In this document: piece by piece, positions 29,988 through 36,840 of the stretch | Numbering within the stretch: position 1 is the stretch's first letter | Layout of the letters: every line of letters begins with the position of its first letter | Origin: Acutalibacteraceae bacterium | GTDB lineage: Bacteria > Bacillota > Clostridia > Oscillospirales > Acutalibacteraceae | DNA: 64,000 nucleotides | Reading direction: 5' to 3' | Assembly (NCBI GenBank): GCA_051881295.1 | Contig: JBJEPP010000106.1 | Location: forward strand, 8,375-72,374 | Translations under genes and position numbers: made by a program | The notes under the pieces: generated by a model | Databases searched by the model: none | What the model saw: only the letters and a program-made list of their open reading frames with translations | What the model was told of the DNA's origin: nothing

Positions 29988-30998
29988 TTAGTTTTCTTTA
30001 GCTGTTCCGCTGAATGTTGAACCGCTTTCTATTCTTAAAAGATACTCTTCAACAAGTCGTTTAGCGGTTTTAAGACCTTTCCAGCCTACTGACGAGCGCT
30101 GATTAAGCGGGTCGTTGCCATAGCCTTTCTGTTTTACGATATGCTCAACGCCGCCGCCCTGAACACTTGTTACGCCGAATGCGTCTGCACCCATGATGAG
30201 TGTGGCGAATACTGCACAGCCGCTTGCACCCTCGTTCCAGATTTTTGCCTCGGTACTCTCAACAAAACGAACACCGCCGAGACAACCTATTTCGCCGTTA
30301 AGCATATTTTCAGGAGTTGTGTATTTTTGAACCTCCATCCACTGATTGCCTGCTTCCTGCATAAGGTCATAAGCAACATAAGGGTGAATAATGCCTACAT
30401 AGTAGCCGTCAATTTTAGGTGCGTTCATAGCTTTAAGCTCTGCCGCCGCTTTGAAAACATCTTTTACTCTGAGAAGAGAGGTATTATCAATTTCGCTTCT
30501 TGAAGTTACCTCAGTTTCTACACCGTCTGAAACCTTTGGACAATAAAGCACATTCGTACCGCCTACGATTTCGTTACGGACAATAGTATCCATTGTAAGA
30601 CCGGCTTGTGAAGCCAACTGTTTTGTAGCTTCAACAATAGTATTGTCAATAGCGGTAAGCTCTAAAAGGTCGCTTTGTTCAATGTAATCGCCGTACTGCT
30701 CAACAGTTGCCGAAACAGTTGATACATTAAGCTTGTTACCGGTAGGAGTTACACCCTCTGTAAGCGGTGTAAGAGCCTTGGGAAGAGATGAAAACTTACG
30801 GAATTCTATAATCTTACCGCCGTTCTTCGGAATATCCCGTTTTTGACCGAATTGGTCGTGAACAAGATACGGAGAAGCAAGGGTAATAAGAGTTTTATCG
30901 TAAAAGGTTTTCATTTCTGCAGAAAGCTCTGCAGTAGATGTAGTCTGTATATTTTCGCCTGCCGCGAAAAGTTGAATGTTCATAAAATTTTCTGTCAT
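29988..30998 (-). CDS. major capsid protein, N4-gp56 family (HK97 fold)
   Basis: EMKTFYDKTLITLASPYLVHDQFGQKRDIPKNGGKIIEFRKF...LTEGVTPTG...VEQYGDY matches the N4-gp56-type MCP pattern. N-terminus MTENFMNIQLFAAG carries an L27-like Prp site. Confidence 0.8.
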   Translation of the reverse strand: MTENFMNIQLFAAGENIQTTSTAELSAEMKTFYDKTLITLASPYLVHDQFGQKRDIPKNGGKIIEFRKFSSLPKALTPLTEGVTPTGNKLNVSTVSATVEQYGDYIEQSDLLELTAIDNTIVEATKQLASQAGLTMDTIVRNEIVGGTNVLYCPKVSDGVETEVTSRSEIDNTSLLRVKDVFKAAAELKAMNAPKIDGYYVGIIHPYVAYDLMQEAGNQWMEVQKYTTPENMLNGEIGCLGGVRFVESTEAKIWNEGASGCAVFATLIMGADAFGVTSVQGGGVEHIVKQKGYGNDPLNQRSSVGWKGLKTAKRLVEEYLLRIESGSTFSGTAKEN

Positions 30999-31021
30999 AA
31001 AAAATCCTTTCTTGGTGCTTA

Positions 31022-31786
31022 TTAAAATTTGATGTTTGCACCGTTTTCTACTTGTTTTAATATTTTTAAAATATCTTTTGAGGACAAGGAATTAACATCG
31101 ACAGAGGTTACAACGGCACTTTCGGAGGATACGCCGTTTTCTAAAGGTCTGCGGCCTTTTGTTTCAATATTTTTAACCACCTGCTCACGGGCCTTAGTTG
31201 CCGCATATTTCATAGCGCCGCCTAAGATTTCGTCTTTATGAGAGGTCTCAAAAGACGCTCTCAAAGGCGCTCCTGCCAAAAGAAGCTGAGCAAAGAGTTC
31301 GTTGTTTTTAAGCTCGTTTCTTAAATCAAATTCAGGGTAAAGCTCTTTTAAACTTTTACTTTCTTCTACCCAAAGCTTAGCCTTGTTGCCTAAGCGAATT
31401 CTTCGCGCCTCAGCTTCATTCTTTTCATTTTCATCGGATGGGCTTTCAAAGTCTGACTCTTTCACCCCGTTTTCGGAATTTATAAGAGTATCAAAAAGTT
31501 TTTCCTCATCGCCTGCTTCTAAGCCGTATTTTTCAAGCAATTTGTTAACATTTTCAGAAACGCTGTTTTTATAATCTTCTAAAAGCTTTGTTTCTTTAAA
31601 CCGTTTGTCAATTATCTCTTGAGTCCTCTTGTGGAACTGCTCTTTAAATTTGCCGCTTATAAGCTGTTCAAATTCTTCGTCAGCTCCGTTTGTTTGCTCG
31701 GCGTCAGCAACAGTATCGCCCGTATTTTCAGCGGCCGCAGAGCCGTCTGAAAAAAGCTGTAAATTGAAAAATTTTTTTAAATTCAT
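31022..31786 (-). CDS. scaffolding protein
   Basis: 254 aa, acidic and helical, located between protease and capsid. N-terminus MNLKKFFNLQLFSDG. Confidence 0.7.
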   Translation of the reverse strand: MNLKKFFNLQLFSDGSAAAENTGDTVADAEQTNGADEEFEQLISGKFKEQFHKRTQEIIDKRFKETKLLEDYKNSVSENVNKLLEKYGLEAGDEEKLFDTLINSENGVKESDFESPSDENEKNEAEARRIRLGNKAKLWVEESKSLKELYPEFDLRNELKNNELFAQLLLAGAPLRASFETSHKDEILGGAMKYAATKAREQVVKNIETKGRRPLENGVSSESAVVTSVDVNSLSSKDILKILKQVENGANIKF

Positions 31787-31862
31787 TTTTCATCCTTTCT
31801 CATCGTCTTTCCGAAGTGTCATATATAAATCTGCAGAATTTATAACCGTATAAAAAATCATT

Positions 31863-32183
31863 TTATTCCCATTTAATGTAGTCGGGATATGTTTGATACA
31901 TTATGTAAAGTCCTGTCAGAATGCAATCTAAAATACCTTTAACACGCTCTTTTGAGAAATCAAAAAACTCTATTTCAAAGCAAATATAACCGTCTCTTAC
32001 AATGTCACGCTTTAAATGAAGCCTGTCGGCACTTTCTTCATCTTTCAAAACATTTATAAGGGTACATACGAGAGCAGATATACCTGCACATACAATGTCT
32101 TTACCGGGAGCGTCAAAACCTGTGTGACCGTCTATTATGATCAGCACACGGTCATAGTATTCTCTATGAAAGACCTTTGTCAC
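31863..32183 (-). CDS. Prp-family cysteine protease (ribosomal-processing protease homologue), likely prohead maturation protease
   Basis: 106 aa. The DGHTGF...GKDIVCAGISAL His/Cys dyad context and the length match Prp (DUF464). Confidence 0.8.
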   Translation of the reverse strand: MTKVFHREYYDRVLIIIDGHTGFDAPGKDIVCAGISALVCTLINVLKDEESADRLHLKRDIVRDGYICFEIEFFDFSKERVKGILDCILTGLYIMYQTYPDYIKWE

Positions 32184-33859
32184 ATCACATCAGCTCCCTC
32201 ATAGGCGCCGCTTGATATTCTTGAAATTACCGCACTTTTGCCCTCAAATTCCATCATACTGATTGCGGCAAGAGCCTGTACCTTATTCTCAGGATTAAAC
32301 ATACCTGCACTGTAAAGCTGGAGCGCCAATTCATTTTGGCTGATTTTAGAAAACGGACTGCCTGTTTCTGCGCCGACTTTAATATCAAAAATAGGCTTTC
32401 TTTCTCCTAACTCAACACCGAAAGCAACACCCTGACTTCTGCTTTTTATACCGTTGTTATCGTAAGAAATATACTCTTCTTCACCGTTCGCTCCGATTAT
32501 TCTGAAAAATCTCGGCTCATCATAAAACTGCCTTATCAGTTCTATTACAAGGCGGTTAAGCTCAGAAAATGCTCTGTAGCCTCCTTTTACCATATCCCTT
32601 GTAAGCTTACTGCCTGCCTCTTGAAGCGCCGCAATGGCAGACGCCGCCGTAACACCGCTTGAAACACCGCCCTGAGAGAAATCACGGTTACCGCTTGTTT
32701 CTTTAAGCTCATCTATTTTTGAGTTTAAAATATCCATATAAATACCCGATATACCGGACATTTTGATTTCTCTGATGCTGTCTTCACCCAAATTACTGCC
32801 CGAAACATGAACAAAACTATTAGTCCAGTCTGCAAACTCTTCTTCATTAACAGCACCGCAAGCGTTTATAAAATACCTCGGTGTTGTTGCCATGGTTGCA
32901 TTTTTAACAAGGGCGTTTGAGAGAATGTCTATCTGCTTTTGAGTATTTTTCATAATATCTACATAACCGAATCCGCAAGGCGAACCCTCTTCTACAAACA
33001 GCGAATCAAAAACAAACGGATACATTCCGTGATTGTAAAAGCCCGATTCACTGTATTCGCTGTCGTTTTCAGAAGCATACAAAAGTGTTTCGTTGCAAAA
33101 TTTCATATAATGCAAAACCTCTGTACCGTTAACATATTGCTTGTAATAACGGTCTATAACAGCACTTTTGTTAGTAGTGTCAACGGTATCGTCATAAACA
33201 TATTTAGCTATTTCAACACTTGAATTACCTAATTTCCCCTTTAATTCAGGGTATAGAGAAACAAGCGTATCATTATCCGTAAGCTCAATATGAAAAATAT
33301 TTTTACTTTTTTGAATATCTTTAACACCGGGCTCCCAAAAAAGATTAAGCAAATCAATTTGTTTAATTTCCACATCGCCTAAGCCGTTGCTTTTTCTGGG
33401 ATTCCAAAAAGCACCGTATACTCCTGTGCCGTTTTTCAGTTTATACCACCAGGTATCGCTGTAGACCTTTTCAAAATTGTTTCTTTCAAAAATAACGGGA
33501 AGAATTTGCGAGAGTACCTCGGCGGCTTTTCTGTCGCTTTCTTCTCTGGGCAAGCAGTTAACACTTGGGAAGTTATCCATAGCGTCAGCGTGTTTATTTG
33601 CAATGGAATTAAAAAGCCATGCACTGCCGCTTTCGGTTCCGTTGCTTCCGTTAATAACATCAAACTGACGAAGCCTGAACCATTGCTCATTTTCTATAAT
33701 TCTGTTTTCTAAAGATGTTTTACCCTCTTTATACTTTTTCAGAATTTCCAAAGCATTTGAAACTTCTTCTTCGCCTACAATACCGCTTTTGCCTACGCCA
33801 TCTGACGGCATTTCTTTTTTTATACCTTTTTGGGGTTCTTTCTTTTTGTTTTCCATCAA
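32180..33859 (-). CDS. portal protein
   Basis: 559 aa, immediately downstream of TerL with an overlapping start. Confidence 0.75.
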   Translation of the reverse strand: MMENKKKEPQKGIKKEMPSDGVGKSGIVGEEEVSNALEILKKYKEGKTSLENRIIENEQWFRLRQFDVINGSNGTESGSAWLFNSIANKHADAMDNFPSVNCLPREESDRKAAEVLSQILPVIFERNNFEKVYSDTWWYKLKNGTGVYGAFWNPRKSNGLGDVEIKQIDLLNLFWEPGVKDIQKSKNIFHIELTDNDTLVSLYPELKGKLGNSSVEIAKYVYDDTVDTTNKSAVIDRYYKQYVNGTEVLHYMKFCNETLLYASENDSEYSESGFYNHGMYPFVFDSLFVEEGSPCGFGYVDIMKNTQKQIDILSNALVKNATMATTPRYFINACGAVNEEEFADWTNSFVHVSGSNLGEDSIREIKMSGISGIYMDILNSKIDELKETSGNRDFSQGGVSSGVTAASAIAALQEAGSKLTRDMVKGGYRAFSELNRLVIELIRQFYDEPRFFRIIGANGEEEYISYDNNGIKSRSQGVAFGVELGERKPIFDIKVGAETGSPFSKISQNELALQLYSAGMFNPENKVQALAAISMMEFEGKSAVISRISSGAYEGADVM

Positions 33860-35220
33860 TTTCTCCTTTTATATAAATCTAACGGGTCATCGCCTATGGG
33901 AATATTTTGTTTTTTGTATGTTGGCGGTATAGGTCTTGCCATACACATATAACGGACCTCGTCTGCAATGTGGTCTTCGCCGCATGTATCTAAATCCTCG
34001 GGGCTGTTTGCACTAAAGGTTTGCTCGGGAATCGTTCTTATAAACCCCTTGCAGTTTTTAAAAACATACATCATAGGTATACCCTCGTCATCAAAGCACA
34101 GTCTGTAATGGACCTGCATCCAGCCGGGTATTCTTTTATTGTCTCCGCGGTTAAAGAAAATGCCGTTTCTGTTTGCGGATTCAATTATGGCTTCACCCCT
34201 TGAAGCGTCCCATATAGACGGGTCTGCAACTCCTATAATATGTTTATTCTTTAACCAACGGTGTTCTCTTTCTATTCGTGCTATTTCTGAAAAAATCTTT
34301 TCGGGGGGCCATTTAACTCCCTCATTAGGCGTTTTTGTGCAACCGTATAACTCCAGTATTCTGTAAAGCCTGCCGTCATAATCCACAGCCCACCAGGCGC
34401 ACGAAAAAGGCTTAGCGTAGCCAAAGTCGAAAGACCTGTATACAGTCCAATCATGAGGTATTTCAAAAGGCTCTATTACATGGGTAAACTTACCGTCTTC
34501 GTAATGCTCTTTAACATCTCTGAATTCTTCAAAAAACTGACCGTCAAAAATATCCCAATTACCGAAGCGGTGAGCCTGACGAAGCTTCTCCGGCAGAGCG
34601 TCAAGAACTTTTACATATTCGGGATTTGTTTTCATTAAAACCGAATTATCGTCTATAGTCGCAGGAATAAATATGTAATCGTCCGGATCTTCACCCGCTT
34701 CGTACCTGCCCTTAACGAAAAGCCTTTTGAACCAATTATGTCCTACACCGCCGGGGTTTCCCGTAAAGTACATTCGAGGTTTGAAATCTTCACGGGTAGT
34801 ACGGTTACATGTCATTAAAAACTGAACCTGAGCGTATGTAAAATGAGTACACTCTTCAACGCCGATTACATCATATTCCTGACCCTGATACTGATAAATA
34901 TCATTTTCACTGTCGCAATAACCCAGCCTTATGCGTGAGCCGTTAGGGAATATAAAGGCTCTTTCATCCCGCTTATAACGGGCAATTCCGTTTAATTGCT
35001 GCAACATAGGCAAAAGGTGGTTTTCCCGAAGCTCAGGCAAGGTTTTTCTTAAAAGCAACAGCTTTAACCCGTCATATTGTAAAGCCAATAATATAAACTT
35101 TGTTCTCAGCGCCCATGATTTTCCCCCGCCTCTTGCACCGCCGTAGCCTATAAACCTGTTATTGCATTTAAAGAAAAGCTTTTGTTTTTCATTCGGTTCC
35201 GATATTACTAATTTTTTCAT
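33856..35220 (-). CDS. terminase large subunit
   Basis: Walker A GYGGARGGGKSW, Walker B/coupling YDVIGVEECTH, C-terminal nuclease-type acidic motifs. Confidence 0.85.
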   Translation of the reverse strand: MKKLVISEPNEKQKLFFKCNNRFIGYGGARGGGKSWALRTKFILLALQYDGLKLLLLRKTLPELRENHLLPMLQQLNGIARYKRDERAFIFPNGSRIRLGYCDSENDIYQYQGQEYDVIGVEECTHFTYAQVQFLMTCNRTTREDFKPRMYFTGNPGGVGHNWFKRLFVKGRYEAGEDPDDYIFIPATIDDNSVLMKTNPEYVKVLDALPEKLRQAHRFGNWDIFDGQFFEEFRDVKEHYEDGKFTHVIEPFEIPHDWTVYRSFDFGYAKPFSCAWWAVDYDGRLYRILELYGCTKTPNEGVKWPPEKIFSEIARIEREHRWLKNKHIIGVADPSIWDASRGEAIIESANRNGIFFNRGDNKRIPGWMQVHYRLCFDDEGIPMMYVFKNCKGFIRTIPEQTFSANSPEDLDTCGEDHIADEVRYMCMARPIPPTYKKQNIPIGDDPLDLYKRRN

Positions 35221-35229
35221 TTGTTCCTT

Positions 35230-35508
35230 TCATTTTGAATATTCCGATATTTCTTCTTGAAATGTTATCAGTATACTGTCGTCTGCTGCCGTTTCCTCTT
35301 CGTCCCCTAAAAGGGCGCAAAGCTCTTTTAATGCGCTGACGCTGTCTTTTAAAAGTTTAATATCTAATTCTTTACTGCCGTTTTCTTTAAAACCTTTTCT
35401 GGCGGCCTTTACCATATCGTCAATCAACGCGCTAAGATTTAGCGAGGCTGACGAAATGCGTTTTTTTCTTAATAATTCCTGTTTTTCATAAACCTTTTCT
35501 TCTGCCAA
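35230..35508 (-). CDS. small helical protein directly upstream of TerL (possible small terminase subunit)
   Basis: 92 aa. The assignment rests on position only; no motif recognised. Confidence 0.35.
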   Translation of the reverse strand: MAEEKVYEKQELLRKKRISSASLNLSALIDDMVKAARKGFKENGSKELDIKLLKDSVSALKELCALLGDEEETAADDSILITFQEEISEYSK

Positions 35509-35512
35509 CTAA

Positions 35513-35740
35513 TCACTCCGTACCGCATAGCTCATACATCAAAGAAACACTGCGATAATGACTGCACTTTTTACCGCAATTCACGCTGCAAACACATTTT
35601 TCATGATTTAATTTTTTTACATTGTCAAGAAAACTGTGAATACAAACAGTGCCTTTTACATTACCTTCACATTTTATAAAACTATCGCCCTCCTCAAGAT
35701 AAAACGGACATTGAATATCTGCTTCAATATTTTTTGACAT
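35513..35740 (-). CDS. cysteine-rich small protein (9 Cys; possible zinc-binding regulator), first gene of the late operon
   Basis: MSKNIEADIQCPFY...CEGN...C...CVCSVNCGKKCSHY. ATG at 35740 lies 7 nt after AGGAGGG. Confidence 0.5.
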   Translation of the reverse strand: MSKNIEADIQCPFYLEEGDSFIKCEGNVKGTVCIHSFLDNVKKLNHEKCVCSVNCGKKCSHYRSVSLMYELCGTE

Positions 35741-35760
35741 ACACAAACCCTCCTGAAAAT

Positions 35761-35930
35761 TTTACAAAGTGTCATTTATGGTATTGACATATCTTGTAAA
35801 ATGTTTTATATTGTTATTGTAAGTTGTACAGATTTCCGAACTGCAACACCATTATAGTACAGTGTTCTGTACTTTTCAACCCAAATAAGAACATTTGTTC
35901 ACTTTTTGTGAAATTTGTACAATTACAAGG
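35761..35930. promoter_or_regulatory. divergent switch region with promoter and TTGTA(C/A)A-type operator repeats
   Basis: Plus strand: TTGACA (35784-89), 17-nt spacer, TATATT. Repeats: TTTACAA/TTGTAAA flanking the -35, TTGTACA (35824-30), perfect palindrome AGTACAG-TGTT-CTGTACT (35856-73) and TTGTAcaatTACAA (35915-28). Confidence 0.55.
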
Positions 35931-35950
35931 TGTTTTAGGAGTGGGTATTA

Positions 35951-36286
35951 GTGAATATGTATGATAAAATCGACTTTTTATGTGAAGAAAAAGGCATAAA
36001 ACCGGCCACATTATGCAAAGAATGCGGAATAAACAAAAGCACATTATCTGAATTAAAGCACGGCAGAACAAAATCACTTTCTGCACAAACGCTAAGTAAA
36101 ATCAGCCAATATTTTGGCGTCAGCTTAGACTTTTTTAATGAAGATGATTTTACTGAAACACAAAAAGACGAATTATTTGAAAAAAGAAAACTGTTATTTG
36201 ATATGTCTAAAAGAGCCACAGCAGAGCAGCTTGACTCGTTTATAAATATGATAAAAACAATAATTCCCAATGATGATGCAGAATAA
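35951..36286 (+). CDS. XRE-family HTH repressor (cI/ImmR-like)
   Basis: KPATLCKECGINKSTLSELKHGRTKSLSAQTLSKISQYFGVSLDFF. GTG start 5 nt after GGAGTGGG. Confidence 0.85.
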   Translation: MNMYDKIDFLCEEKGIKPATLCKECGINKSTLSELKHGRTKSLSAQTLSKISQYFGVSLDFFNEDDFTETQKDELFEKRKLLFDMSKRATAEQLDSFINMIKTIIPNDDAE

Positions 36287-36297
36287 CGGAGGCTAAA

Positions 36298-36522
36298 GTG
36301 AACACAATTCTGATAAGACAAATAAAAATGCCTATTACAATCAGGGCATTTACCGTTCCCGATTCAAACGGCGACTTTAATATTTACATAAATGAAGATT
36401 TATCCCCTGAACAAAAACAGCAGTCGTTAGAGCATGAAAAGCTCCATATAAAATACGGACATTTTTCTGCTTCTAAACCCGTATTCTTAATGGAAGCAGA
36501 AGCAAATCCAAATATTTTTTAA
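36298..36522 (+). CDS. minimal ImmA/IrrE-like zinc metallopeptidase (74 aa)
   Basis: HExxH motif (LEHEKLHIKYGH) preceded by FNIYINEDLSPEQ, as in DUF955 proteins. Located directly downstream of the XRE gene. GTG follows GGAGG. Confidence 0.6.
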   Translation: MNTILIRQIKMPITIRAFTVPDSNGDFNIYINEDLSPEQKQQSLEHEKLHIKYGHFSASKPVFLMEAEANPNIF

Positions 36523-36703
36523 AAAAATTATTTGTTAACAAATTGTTCATATTTTTGTGACAGACATGCAACATTGAAATGGTATATAATAAGCATAGAC
36601 AATTTAATTGCTAACTCTCTTAGTAATTCATTTCATTTTCTCTTCCCAAAACAGTTCCCGTTCTCTCCCGGGGGCTGTTTTACTTTTGTGAAAAAGTGCA
36701 GAA

Positions 36704-36759
36704 CGCATAAAAGGGGCTGTAAAAAAGCGTAGACCGCATAAAACAGGGCTGTAAAAAGC
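36704..36759 (+). repeat. tandem 25-nt direct repeats CGCATAAAA(G/C)(G/A)GGGCTGTAAAAA(A)GC
   Basis: Copies at 36704-36728 and 36735-36759. A third partial GGGGCTGTTTTAC lies at 36671-83. The second copy forms the 5' arm of the terminator. Confidence 0.6.
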
Positions 36760-36791
36760 TAAAAGTTTTTACAGCCCTGTTTATTGTTTTT
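36741..36791 (+). terminator. strong intrinsic terminator at the right end of the element
   Basis: AAACAGGGCTGTAAAAA-loop-TTTTTACAGCCCTGTTT followed by a T-rich tract. Confidence 0.8.
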
Positions 36792-36812
36792 AATCTGCTT
36801 TTATGATATAAT
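36784..36812 (+). promoter_or_regulatory. tex promoter
   Basis: TTGTTT, 17-nt spacer, TGaTATAAT (extended -10). Confidence 0.55.
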
Positions 36813-36840
36813 TGTATCATTATTTTTAAAGGAAGATTAT

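Larger units (their letters stand above)
20949..36791. mobile_element. phage-like element (about 15.8 kb): immunity switch plus packaging, head, short-tail-like and lysis genes; no integrase or replication genes
   Basis: Contiguous block of about 20 phage ORFs (see individual CDS entries) bounded by host genes (LRR-dockerin on the left, tex on the right). Boundaries are taken as the endolysin stop and the terminator after the ImmA-like gene. No att repeats identified. Confidence 0.8.

Noticed and set aside
35814-36321. Minus-strand ORFs of 90 and 128 aa overlapping the switch region and the XRE repressor gene
   Set aside because: They are antisense to a canonical HTH repressor with a good SD. 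The sequences are Cys/Phe/Ser-rich with no family resemblance.
36532-36732. 66-aa plus-strand ORF after the ImmA-like gene
   Set aside because: It starts with TTG without an SD and has odd composition. It spans the direct repeats and looks like non-coding leader or sRNA sequence.
19626-36840. Searched both borders of the phage-like element for a tRNA/tmRNA target, att direct repeats or an integrase remnant
   Set aside because: No cloverleaf-like sequence was found. The only shared string between the borders is an AT-rich 8-mer (TTTGTTAA), which is not significant. No integrase-like frame appears in any of the six frames.
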